A stretch of 64,000 bases of DNA from Flavobacteriales bacterium. GTDB lineage: Bacteria; Bacteroidota; Bacteroidia; Flavobacteriales_F; PHOS-HE28. Every line of letters starts with the position of its first letter. Positions within the stretch are counted from its first letter, which is position 1. The stretch spans positions 17,642 to 81,641 of the forward strand of contig JBDTSG010000147.1 in assembly GCA_039931265.1 (NCBI GenBank). Direction: 5' to 3'. Positions 8,611 through 17,018 of the stretch are shown here, piece after piece. The notes below the pieces were generated by a model, which saw nothing but the letters and a program-made list of their open reading frames with translations, was not told where the DNA came from and made no database searches. Position numbers and translations under genes: made by a program.

Positions 8611-10008
8611 ATGGGTTCCACGCGCACAGCCGCCTTCCACACCTTGGGCTGCAAGCTCAACTTCGCCGAGACCAGCACGCTGGCCCGCTCGCTGGAGGAG
8701 GCAGGCTATGCCCGTGTGAAAGTCGAGGAGCGGCCCGATGTGTTCGTGCTGAACACCTGCAGTGTGACGGAGAATGCGGACAAGGAATGCCGGCAATGGG
8801 TGCGTCGTTTCCAACGCATCAACCCGGAGGCGTTCATTGCAGTGGTGGGTTGCTACGCGCAGTTGAAGCCGCAGGAGATCGCAGCTATCCCCGGTGTTGG
8901 ACTGGTGCTCGGCGCGAACGAGAAGTTCGATCTGGCAGAATATCTACCTCAACCCCAACCCCTCTCCCAAGGAGAGGGGAACAGTATAGGGACAACCTAT
9001 GATCCCGATCAGCGCTTTATGACCCTCTCCATGGGAGAGGGCAGGGTGAGGGCGGCCCCCATCAAGGACCTCAAGCACTTCGTCCCTTCCTGGAACAGCG
9101 GCGACCGCACGCGGACCTTCTTGAAAGTGCAGGATGGATGCGACTACTTCTGCTCGTTCTGCACGATCCCCTTAGCACGCGGTCGAAGCCGTAGCGCAAC
9201 GATCGCCGAAACAGTGGCCATCGCTGAGGGCATTGCGGCCTCGGGTGTGAAGGAGATCGTTCTCACGGGTGTGAACACCGGCGATTTCGGCCGGGCACAT
9301 GGGGAGTCCTTCCTTGAACTGGCCCAAGCCTTGGACCATGTGGAGGGTATCGAGCGCTTCCGCATCAGCAGTATCGAACCCAACCTCTGTAGCGACGCGG
9401 TTATCGACTTCGTTGCCGGAAGCCGCCGTTTCATGCCGCATTTCCACATGCCGTTGCAGAGCGGTAGCGACGTGATCCTGGAGCGCATGCGCCGCCGGTA
9501 CGATACCACCCTCTATGCCGATCGCGTTGCGCACATCAAACGTGTCATGCCACATGCATGCATCGGTGTTGATGTGATCACCGGTACACCGGGCGAGACC
9601 GACGAGGAGTTCCTGAAGACGCGCGGCTTCCTGCGTTCAATACCCGTGGACTACTTGCATGCGTTCACATACAGCGAACGAGCCAACACAACCGCGGTGC
9701 GCATGGACGACGCCGTGCCAATGGAAACGAGGCGTGAGCGCACCAAGCAATTGCGCATTCTCAGCAGCAAACTTCAACGCGCCCACTACGAGAGGCATCT
9801 CGATACCGCACGGCCGGTGCTGCTTGAAGCGGAAGAAGTGGATGGCATGATGCGCGGTTATACGGACAACTACATCCGTGTCGAACTGCCTTACGATCCA
9901 ACGCTCGTGAACTCCGTCCGCCCTGCCGTGCTGCAACGGATCAACGGCAATGGCCTTATGGATGCAGCAATTGCGATCGATCAGTTGATCGATCAAATGA
10001 CCTCCTGA
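8611..10008 (+). CDS. mtaB: tRNA threonylcarbamoyladenosine methylthiotransferase (MtaB/YqeV-like radical SAM MTTase)
   Basis: AFHTLGCKLNFAETSTLARSLEEAGY...VLNTCSVTENADKECRQWVRRFQRINPEAFIAVVGCYAQLKPQEIAAIPGV is near-colinear with B. subtilis YqeV/MtaB; a CxxxCxxC radical-SAM motif (CSFCTIP) is present. An alternative in-frame ATG lies at 8581. Confidence 0.8.
   Translation: MGSTRTAAFHTLGCKLNFAETSTLARSLEEAGYARVKVEERPDVFVLNTCSVTENADKECRQWVRRFQRINPEAFIAVVGCYAQLKPQEIAAIPGVGLVLGANEKFDLAEYLPQPQPLSQGEGNSIGTTYDPDQRFMTLSMGEGRVRAAPIKDLKHFVPSWNSGDRTRTFLKVQDGCDYFCSFCTIPLARGRSRSATIAETVAIAEGIAASGVKEIVLTGVNTGDFGRAHGESFLELAQALDHVEGIERFRISSIEPNLCSDAVIDFVAGSRRFMPHFHMPLQSGSDVILERMRRRYDTTLYADRVAHIKRVMPHACIGVDVITGTPGETDEEFLKTRGFLRSIPVDYLHAFTYSERANTTAVRMDDAVPMETRRERTKQLRILSSKLQRAHYERHLDTARPVLLEAEEVDGMMRGYTDNYIRVELPYDPTLVNSVRPAVLQRINGNGLMDAAIAIDQLIDQMTS
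8947..8979. repeat. Palindromic REP-like element (CCTCAACCCCAACCCCTCTCC-CAA-GGAGAGGGG) embedded in frame in mtaB
   Basis: A perfect 9-bp stem CCCCTCTCC/GGAGAGGGG is translated as PQPQPLSQGEG. It belongs to the same family as 4960..4992. Confidence 0.5.
9023..9059. repeat. Palindromic REP-like element, inverted orientation (CCCTCTCC-ATG-GGAGAGGG-CAGGGTGAGGGCGGCC) embedded in frame in mtaB
   Basis: Its reverse complement GGCCGCCCTCACCCTGCCCTCTCC-CAT-GGAGAGGGTC matches the 4960..4992 copy almost base for base. It is translated as TLSMGEGRVRAAP. Confidence 0.5.
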
Positions 10009-10020
10009 TCGATCACCGCC

Positions 10021-11325
10021 ATGTATCCTACCCTCTACCACGCGCTCTACGACGTCACCGGGATCGAGTGGTGCTTCCTCAAGTTCCTCAACAGCTTCGG
10101 CTTCTTCGTGGCGCTTGCGTTCATCGCTGCCAACCGGACACTGGTGTCGGAGATGAAGCGCCGCGAGGGCATCGGGCAATTGCGATCGAGCAAAGCAAAG
10201 ATCACGGTGGGCGCACGGCTCACCACCAGCGATCTGGTGAGCACGGGCATTTTCGGTTTCGTTGTCGGCTGGAAAGGCGCACCCGTGCTGCTCGACTCGT
10301 GCAGGGTAACGGAAGACGCTCCGAGCTTCCTGCTCAGCCTGCAAGGCAACTGGATCGCGGGCGTGTTGATCGCTGCCATCAGCATTGCGTACACATGGTG
10401 GCAGAGCCGAAAGAACACGGCGACCGAGCCCAAGCGTGAGGAAGTGGATGTGCATCCGTACCAGTTGGTGGGCCGCATCACCATCACCGCCGCGCTATGG
10501 GGCATGATCGGCGCCAAGGTGTTCCACTGGTTGGAGAACCCGGACGACTTCGTTCGCTTCGTTACCGCGCCCAGTGCCGAAGGCTTCATCACGGGACTCA
10601 CCATGTACGGTGGGCTCATCATCGCCGGCATCATGGTCATCCGGTTCTTCCGCAAGAACAACCTGGCGATCCTGCCCAGCATGGACTCGGCCGCTCCGGG
10701 GCTCATGCTCGCTTATGCCATCGGCCGTATCGGCTGCCAAGTGAGCGGCGATGGCGATTGGGGCATCGTGAACTCAGCTTACGTGAGCAATGGCAACGGC
10801 ACCGTGGCCGAAGCACAGGTTGCGGCAGTCAAAGACCGCATCGCGCTGAACGCGACATACTACGAGCGCCACTTCGGCTCGGTGGAGGCCGTGCCGATGG
10901 CCGCCTTCAAGGCACCGTCCTTCCTGCCTACTTGGATGGTGGCGTACAGCTACCCGAACAACGTGAACGGTGTGGGCGGCAACATGATCATGGGCGGTAC
11001 CTGCTTCGGTCCGAAGTATTGCACCTTCCTCGACCCGCCGGTCTACCCTACTCCGTTCTACGAGACGATCGTCTCATCGCTTCTCTTCATCGTACTGTGG
11101 GCAGTGCGCAAACGCATCGCCACGCCGGGTGTGCTCTTTTGCCTCTACCTCATGTTGAACGGCACCGAACGCTTCTTCATCGAGAAGATCCGCGTGAACG
11201 TTCAGGTGCTCGGCAGCATCACACAAGCGGAGATCATCGCCACGCTGCTCTTCCTGATCGGCCTTGGCGGTTGGATCTGGTTGAAGCGAAAACTGAAGCA
11301 TGGAGAACCTGCAAAGGCTAACTGA
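10021..11325 (+). CDS. lgt: Prolipoprotein diacylglyceryl transferase (long Bacteroidota form)
   Basis: GRIGCQVSGDGDWG corresponds to the Lgt GRxGNFxNGExxG signature; PTPFYETIVSSLLFIVLW...FCLYLMLNGTERFFIE corresponds to the HPxQLYE...RFxxEFxR block. It is a multi-TM protein. Confidence 0.7.
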   Translation: MYPTLYHALYDVTGIEWCFLKFLNSFGFFVALAFIAANRTLVSEMKRREGIGQLRSSKAKITVGARLTTSDLVSTGIFGFVVGWKGAPVLLDSCRVTEDAPSFLLSLQGNWIAGVLIAAISIAYTWWQSRKNTATEPKREEVDVHPYQLVGRITITAALWGMIGAKVFHWLENPDDFVRFVTAPSAEGFITGLTMYGGLIIAGIMVIRFFRKNNLAILPSMDSAAPGLMLAYAIGRIGCQVSGDGDWGIVNSAYVSNGNGTVAEAQVAAVKDRIALNATYYERHFGSVEAVPMAAFKAPSFLPTWMVAYSYPNNVNGVGGNMIMGGTCFGPKYCTFLDPPVYPTPFYETIVSSLLFIVLWAVRKRIATPGVLFCLYLMLNGTERFFIEKIRVNVQVLGSITQAEIIATLLFLIGLGGWIWLKRKLKHGEPAKAN

Positions 11326-12094
11326 ACAAGTAGCGACACTGAGCCGTGAGGTGGCGGTGTTCATACGCACCGAGGCGCTGCGCTTCACCGAGGCCAGTGT
11401 GGAAAGCAAGAGCCTCAACAACCTTGTCAGTTACGTGGACAAAGGCGCGGAGCAGCGGCTCGTCGATGGCTTGCTGAAGCTCCTGCCTGAAGCTGGCGTG
11501 ATCGCCGAGGAGGGCACAGGTGCACGCAAGTCGGAGCTGAACTGGATCATCGATCCGTTGGATGGCACCACCAACTTCGTACACGGTGTGCCGTGCTATT
11601 GCATCAGCGTGGGACTTCACGATGGCGAACGGATGCTCGTCGGGGTCGTACATGAGATCACGCGCGACGAGTGCTTCACCGCGTGGCACGGTGGCGGCGC
11701 CTTCCTCAATGAAAAGCCGATCCGTGTGAGCCAACGCGGCAAGTTGATCGAGAGCCTGCTAGCCACCGGATTCCCCTACGACGATTTCGGACGCGAAGCC
11801 GAATACATGCAACTGTTGCGCGAGCTGATGCACGGCTCCCGTGGGATCCGCAGGCTGGGCAGCGCAGCAGCCGACTTGGCCTATGTGGCTTGCGGCCGGT
11901 TCGAGGCTTTCTACGAGTACGGCCTCAACACATGGGATGTAGCAGCCGGCGCTTTGCTGGTGCAGGAAGCCGGTGGACAGGTCACGGACTTCAGGGGCCA
12001 TACCGAGTGGTTGTTCGGGGAGGAGATCGTGGCCAGCAACGGCGCCATCCACGCGGAGTTGATCGGGCCGATCGGCAAGTTCTTCACCAAATGA
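11300..12094 (+). CDS. Inositol monophosphatase family protein (SuhB-like)
   Basis: IIDPLDGTTNFVHGVPCYCISVGL and WDVAAGALLVQEAGG are IMPase motifs. Confidence 0.85.
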   Translation: MENLQRLTEQVATLSREVAVFIRTEALRFTEASVESKSLNNLVSYVDKGAEQRLVDGLLKLLPEAGVIAEEGTGARKSELNWIIDPLDGTTNFVHGVPCYCISVGLHDGERMLVGVVHEITRDECFTAWHGGGAFLNEKPIRVSQRGKLIESLLATGFPYDDFGREAEYMQLLRELMHGSRGIRRLGSAAADLAYVACGRFEAFYEYGLNTWDVAAGALLVQEAGGQVTDFRGHTEWLFGEEIVASNGAIHAELIGPIGKFFTK

Positions 12095-12101
12095 ACATGC
12101 G

Positions 12102-12428
12102 ATGATCATCGGTGTCGCAGGCCCGTACTCCGCCCCTATAGCTGTGCAGCGCCAAGCCAATTTGGATGCGATGAACGCCGCTGCCGCGCGGCTGCTGGAA
12201 ATGGGTCACGTTCCCGTTATCGGTATGAACGCCGCACTGCCCGTATTGGAACAGGCCAACGTCGCCGATCGGTATGCGGCCATAATGGCCATCTCGCTTG
12301 CCGTCATCGGTGCGTGCGATGCACTGCTGCTGATCGGGGAAAGTCCCGGCGCGAACAAGGAGCGCGACCTCATCGCGGCGTACGGAAAGCCCGTGTACAC
12401 AAGGATCGAAGACGTACCGGCAGCATGA
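12102..12428 (+). CDS. DUF4406-like small protein (nucleoside 2-deoxyribosyltransferase-like fold)
   Basis: MIIGVAGPYS...CDALLLIGESPGANKERDL resembles the DUF4406 pattern. It overlaps the following GNAT gene by 4 nt. Confidence 0.45.
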   Translation: MIIGVAGPYSAPIAVQRQANLDAMNAAAARLLEMGHVPVIGMNAALPVLEQANVADRYAAIMAISLAVIGACDALLLIGESPGANKERDLIAAYGKPVYTRIEDVPAA

Positions 12429-12922
12429 TCATCACTGCAACGGAACGGCTCACCCTGCGCACGCTGGACGATCGCGATGCTGGGAACATCTTCTTGATCA
12501 ACAACGATCCGGAGGTCTTGAAGCACGTCCACGACGTTCCGTTCAAGGACGTTGAGGCGGCGCGCGCTTGGATCGCGAACATCGATCTCGCGCTACCGCT
12601 CGGCATCGGGCGCTGGGCCATTGAAACGAAGGAAGGCACGTGGATCGGTCGTTGCAGCTTGCGCCGTTACGCCGATGGTGAAGTGTTGATGGGTTACCGC
12701 CTGCTGCACGAACATTGGGGCAAGGGCTTCGCCAGCGAGGCCGCACGCGCGATGCTCGACCTCGCCTTCAACACGCACGGGCTTCCGTACGTGGCTTCCA
12801 AAGTGGCAGCGGATAACAAGGCCAGCCAACGCGTAATGGAAAAGAACGGCGGGCGGTTCTGGAAGAAAGGGTCTGCGGAGAATTTCGCGGAGGCGCTGGT
12901 CTACCGCTTCGATAGGCGCTGA
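12425..12922 (+). CDS. GNAT family N-acetyltransferase (RimJ/RimL-like)
   Basis: MIITATERLTLRTL...GYRLLHEHWGKGFASEAARAMLDLAF is a GNAT core; the ATG at 12425 (ATGA overlap with the upstream stop) is used. Confidence 0.8.
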   Translation: MIITATERLTLRTLDDRDAGNIFLINNDPEVLKHVHDVPFKDVEAARAWIANIDLALPLGIGRWAIETKEGTWIGRCSLRRYADGEVLMGYRLLHEHWGKGFASEAARAMLDLAFNTHGLPYVASKVAADNKASQRVMEKNGGRFWKKGSAENFAEALVYRFDRR

Positions 12923-12941
12923 GCAACCACTTTACTTCCCT

Positions 12942-14060
12942 TCACTTCGCGGAATACGTGATCCTATAGATCATGCCTGCACTGTCATCGCTCACCAGCA
13001 AGCTGCCATCGCGCAACTCAAGCACGTCCACCGGGCGGCCCGAAGCTTTGTTGCCCTTCAGCCAACCTTCCGCGAAGACCTCTTGACCCCACGCACCATT
13101 GGCGTCCTGCCGCGCGACTTTCACCCGGTAGCCGATAGGTGTGCTGCGGTTCCAACTGCCGTGCTCCGCAATGAAAATGGCGTTGCGGTAGGACTCCGGG
13201 AACATGGTACCACGATAGAACTTCATGCCCAGCGGTGCAACGTGCGGGCCGAGCTTCACCACGGGTGGCGTGAAGTCTGCGCAGTTCCTGTCCTTTCCGA
13301 ATTCCGGATCGGGGATCTCGCCTTGGTGGCAGAAAGGGAATCCGAAATGCTCGCCACGCTTTGTCAGTGTGTTCAGTTCGCAGAAGGGAACGTCCTCGCC
13401 CATCATGTCGCGGCCGTTGTCGGTGAACCAGAACTGCCCGTTGCGCGGGTCCCAATCGAAACCCACTGAGTTGCGCACACCATTGGCCTCGATGCGCAGA
13501 TCGGTGCCGTCGAGCTTCATGCTGGTTATGGAAGCGTAGATGCTGTCCTCGCTCAGGCAGATGTTGCACGGCGCTCCAACCGGCACGTACAACCGGTCGT
13601 CCGGTCCGATGGCGATGTACTTCCAGCCGTGGTGTTTCTCGGAAGGGAACCTATCGTAGACCACTATGGGTTGCGGCGGTGTGGCCAGGTTCTCCTCGAT
13701 CGCATCGAATCGAATGACCCGGCTCACCTCGGCCACGTAAAGCGATCCGTTCTTGAAGGCCACTCCATTGGGCATGACCAAACCTTGCGCAACGATGTAT
13801 TTGGTTTCAGGCTTCCCATCCCCGTCGGCATCGGTGAGCGCATAAACGTTCTTGTCGCGCGTGCTCACGAACAGGGTGCCCTTCTCACCAAGGCACAGTT
13901 CACGCGCACCATCCACGTTCTCCGCGTACATCTCGATCTTGAAACCATCGGGCAGCACGATATCCTCCAAGCGCGGATCGCCCCCCAGAAGCGCGGGCTG
14001 ACAGACCCCGGCTGTGAGGAAAGCCGGCAACAGGATGTAGAAGAGCAAGCGAGTGATCAT
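12942..14060 (-). CDS. PQQ-dependent soluble sugar (aldose/sorbosone) dehydrogenase, YliI/GSDH family
   Basis: Signal MITRLLFYILLPAFLTAGVC; GSDH beta-propeller motifs (GFxxE, PNGVAF...LYVAE, GRDMMGEDVP...ELN). Confidence 0.85.
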   Translation of the reverse strand: MITRLLFYILLPAFLTAGVCQPALLGGDPRLEDIVLPDGFKIEMYAENVDGARELCLGEKGTLFVSTRDKNVYALTDADGDGKPETKYIVAQGLVMPNGVAFKNGSLYVAEVSRVIRFDAIEENLATPPQPIVVYDRFPSEKHHGWKYIAIGPDDRLYVPVGAPCNICLSEDSIYASITSMKLDGTDLRIEANGVRNSVGFDWDPRNGQFWFTDNGRDMMGEDVPFCELNTLTKRGEHFGFPFCHQGEIPDPEFGKDRNCADFTPPVVKLGPHVAPLGMKFYRGTMFPESYRNAIFIAEHGSWNRSTPIGYRVKVARQDANGAWGQEVFAEGWLKGNKASGRPVDVLELRDGSLLVSDDSAGMIYRITYSAK

Positions 14061-14140
14061 GGCGCTAAGGAAAGAGGCGCAAGGTCGCGAAAGAAGAAGG
14101 CGGCCCATGGCCGCCTTCTCCGATGATCGGTTGAAGGCCT

Positions 14141-14743
14141 TCAGCCCTTTTCAATATGGAGCTTATCGAGCGCGCTGCCGCGCAATTTCCCGCTGCTCGC
14201 AAAGAACCACTTGATCAAACCATAGTGGTTGCCGCGTTGCAGGCCCGTGTGGTGGGCGCCCAGGTTCTTCACCTTACCGGTGCTCAGCTTCTGCAATGAA
14301 CGCGTAACGAAGGCTTCGACTTCCGGCGCCTTCAGGGCGGGTTCGTTCTTGCGTGCCCACGCTTTCACATGATCCATGATCTCCGCCTTCGGCAAGAGCC
14401 TGTCGGAGGTAGTGATCGAGGAGATCACTGCATTGTCCCACTGGTTGAGCGCTGGACCCTCCCCCGGTTTCTTCTTCCGGCGACCGGGACGTCCTTTGCG
14501 CTTCCGCTCGGGGGCTTCAACACCGGGCGGCAGCGGGTTCTTACGCGGACGGCCGGGACCACGTTTCGGGATGCCGAGCCGCTTCATCCGTGCGGCCTCT
14601 TCTTTCTCCGCCGCTGACCGGATCCTGCGCAATTCCTTGATAGCCATGCGCAGCTTGTTCATCTGGAAGCCGAGCACACGCCGCTCGCTTCGGTAACGGC
14701 GCAGCAGTTCGTCCGCTTCGCTCAATTTCATCTTGTTCGCCAT
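14141..14743 (-). CDS. AT-hook-containing putative DNA-binding protein
   Basis: MANKMKLSEADELL... is coiled-coil-like, followed by PKRGPGRPRK and KRKGRPGRRKKKPG (AT-hook GRP cores). The track start is a TTG; the ATG at 14743 is used. Confidence 0.55.
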   Translation of the reverse strand: MANKMKLSEADELLRRYRSERRVLGFQMNKLRMAIKELRRIRSAAEKEEAARMKRLGIPKRGPGRPRKNPLPPGVEAPERKRKGRPGRRKKKPGEGPALNQWDNAVISSITTSDRLLPKAEIMDHVKAWARKNEPALKAPEVEAFVTRSLQKLSTGKVKNLGAHHTGLQRGNHYGLIKWFFASSGKLRGSALDKLHIEKG

Positions 14744-14881
14744 CTGGAGCAATTGATCTTTAGGTAGTTGATATCGAAGGCTGTATCCAGCAGCCGGAGC
14801 GCTCGAAAAGTAGGAAGTTCATTTATGTCCGGCTACCTGCGCCAAGAACCGTGGCCGGAACGGATCACCGCATCTTGCCGA

Positions 14882-15937
14882 TCAACGCACCGCGATCACT
14901 GGACCGGACGCCCGGGGCACGATCGCGCCTATGGCCTTGGACGGCAACCGATGCCGTTCGAGCAATTCCACGATCATTCCCGAATGGCCGGGATCCACGG
15001 CCATCAGCAAGCCCCCGCTCGTTTCCGGATCCGCTAGGACGAACATCCTTTCCATCGTCCCCGCGCCCACGATCCTGTGCCCGTAGCTCTTCCAATTGCG
15101 CAACGCGCCGTCCGGGTAACAACCCTGTGCTACAAGGTTCCGCGCGTATTCATGCACCGGCACTGCGGTGTAGTCCAACTCAGCGTTCAACCCGGATCCG
15201 TTGCACATCTCCAGCAAGTGACCGAGCAGTCCGAATCCCGTTACATCCGTTAGCGCATGCACCTGCGGCAGTCGGCCCAATTCCATGCCGATGGTGTTCA
15301 GGTGCGCCATTGCATCGCGCATCAACTCGGCTTGCTCCTGTGCAAGTATGCCGCGCTTCTGCGCAGTACTGAGGATTCCGACACCCAGCGGCTTGGTGAG
15401 GAACAAGATGTCGCCCGCTTGCGCCGTGTCGTTGCGTTTGATGAAGCGCTTGTCCACTTCACCGGTTACGGCCAGGCCGAAGAATGGCTCGGGGGCATCG
15501 ATGCTATGACCACCAGCCAAGGGAATACCCGCATCGTGGCAGGCGCGTCGGCCTCCCTCCACCACTTGTTGAGCGAGCTCGGGCCCGAGCTTATCGATCG
15601 GCCAGCCGAGAATGGCGACGGCCAGCAAAGGCTTTCCGCCCATGGCGTACACATCGCTGAGCGCATTGGTAGCCGCGATCCGCCCGAAGTCGTACGCATC
15701 ATCCACAATGGGCGAGAAGAAATCGGTGGTGCTGATCATGCAACGGCCATCGGCCAGCTCGTACACCGCTGCATCGTCGCGGCTACCATAACCAACAAGC
15801 AACTTCGGGTCGGGCAAGGTGCCCAACGCGCTTTTCAGGATCACTTCCAGTTGCGCTGGCGCGATCTTGCAACCACAGCCGGCGCCGTGGCTGTATTGCG
15901 TCAATCGGACCGGTTCAGGCTTGGTGGGGGTCTCCAT
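14882..15937 (-). CDS. selD: Selenide, water dikinase (selenophosphate synthetase), Cys-type
   Basis: RLTQYSHGAGCGCKIAPAQLEVIL...GRIAATNALSDVYAMGGKP...AGGHSIDAPEP is near-colinear with E. coli SelD; the active site has Cys rather than Sec (no in-frame TGA). Confidence 0.9.
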   Translation of the reverse strand: METPTKPEPVRLTQYSHGAGCGCKIAPAQLEVILKSALGTLPDPKLLVGYGSRDDAAVYELADGRCMISTTDFFSPIVDDAYDFGRIAATNALSDVYAMGGKPLLAVAILGWPIDKLGPELAQQVVEGGRRACHDAGIPLAGGHSIDAPEPFFGLAVTGEVDKRFIKRNDTAQAGDILFLTKPLGVGILSTAQKRGILAQEQAELMRDAMAHLNTIGMELGRLPQVHALTDVTGFGLLGHLLEMCNGSGLNAELDYTAVPVHEYARNLVAQGCYPDGALRNWKSYGHRIVGAGTMERMFVLADPETSGGLLMAVDPGHSGMIVELLERHRLPSKAIGAIVPRASGPVIAVR

Positions 15938-16946
15938 CGTATGCGATCAGGCGTTGCGCCAAGCCACGAAGATCGCTGGCCACAGCTGGCAGCCGCGTTA
16001 TGCGTGAAGGATGACGTTGGGCGGTACCGTGCTGATAGCTCTTGTCGTAATAGCTAAGGGTGATAACAGCCACTGTGTACAGGTCATCCGCGTCAAGCGC
16101 TTCCAATGCTCTTTTGCAGTGCTGGGGTCCGAGCCGTTTATGAATGCGCTTGGTCGCCTCAGCCAGTTCCTCCTTAGGATACTTGCCATAGTCCTCAACC
16201 AGGCGGGCGGCGCGTTCTTCAATGGACATTTCGGCGAAGAACATCCGGGCTTCCCGCATTTGCGCGAAGAACGCGTCGTGGATCTTCGCCCTGCCGATCA
16301 TCATGCTCTCGTCTTCCACCCAAACGGGGCGCTTGACATCCACCGACCGCAGCGCCTGCCACAACAGGTTCTCGAAATGCTCGGTGGTGGGTTGTGGCAA
16401 TTCGCCGATGGCTCCGAAGCTCGATCCCTTGTGGTGCGCCAGTGCTTCCAGATCCACCACCTGCTGGCCAAAGGTCCGCAAGTGCTTCAACGTTTCCGTT
16501 TTGCCCGTGCCCGTGTATCCGCCAAGCACCCGCAGGTCGAACGGGTTGTTCATCTCCGCCTGCACATGGTTCCGGAAGCCTTTGTAACCGCGCTTCAACG
16601 TTGAGACTTCCGCAAAGCCCGCCTTGTCGAGCAACCATGCAACGCTGCCGCTGCGCTCACCACCACGCCAGCAATGCACACGGATGCATCCGTGGGGCGC
16701 GATCGTCCGGGCCTGCTCCACGATCCACGCCATCTTGGGCCCAACGATGCGCAGCCCTTCCAACACTGCGGCATCGCGACCTGTCTGCTTGTACAGCGTG
16801 CCCACGATCGCACGCTCTTCGTCTGTGAACAACGGCAGACTTGTCGCACCGGGGATATGTCCGCGCGAGAATTCCCCCGGTGAACGCACGTCGATGATGG
16901 GTTCATCCAACGCGAGGAAGTCGACGATGGACAGGGCGCGCAGCAT
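15915..16946 (-). CDS. mnmH: tRNA 2-selenouridine synthase (rhodanese + P-loop)
   Basis: N-terminal rhodanese domain (CWRGGERSG) and a GGYTGTGKT Walker A motif. It overlaps the selD start by 23 nt in a classic selD-ybbB/selU arrangement. Confidence 0.9.
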   Translation of the reverse strand: MLRALSIVDFLALDEPIIDVRSPGEFSRGHIPGATSLPLFTDEERAIVGTLYKQTGRDAAVLEGLRIVGPKMAWIVEQARTIAPHGCIRVHCWRGGERSGSVAWLLDKAGFAEVSTLKRGYKGFRNHVQAEMNNPFDLRVLGGYTGTGKTETLKHLRTFGQQVVDLEALAHHKGSSFGAIGELPQPTTEHFENLLWQALRSVDVKRPVWVEDESMMIGRAKIHDAFFAQMREARMFFAEMSIEERAARLVEDYGKYPKEELAEATKRIHKRLGPQHCKRALEALDADDLYTVAVITLSYYDKSYQHGTAQRHPSRITRLPAVASDLRGLAQRLIAYDGDPHQA

Positions 16947-17018
16947 GCGCCGAATTTAGAGGGCCGACACCCCGCCGATAGATGGCACGAAGAACAAACC
17001 TCACGGCCGAAGACCCTT

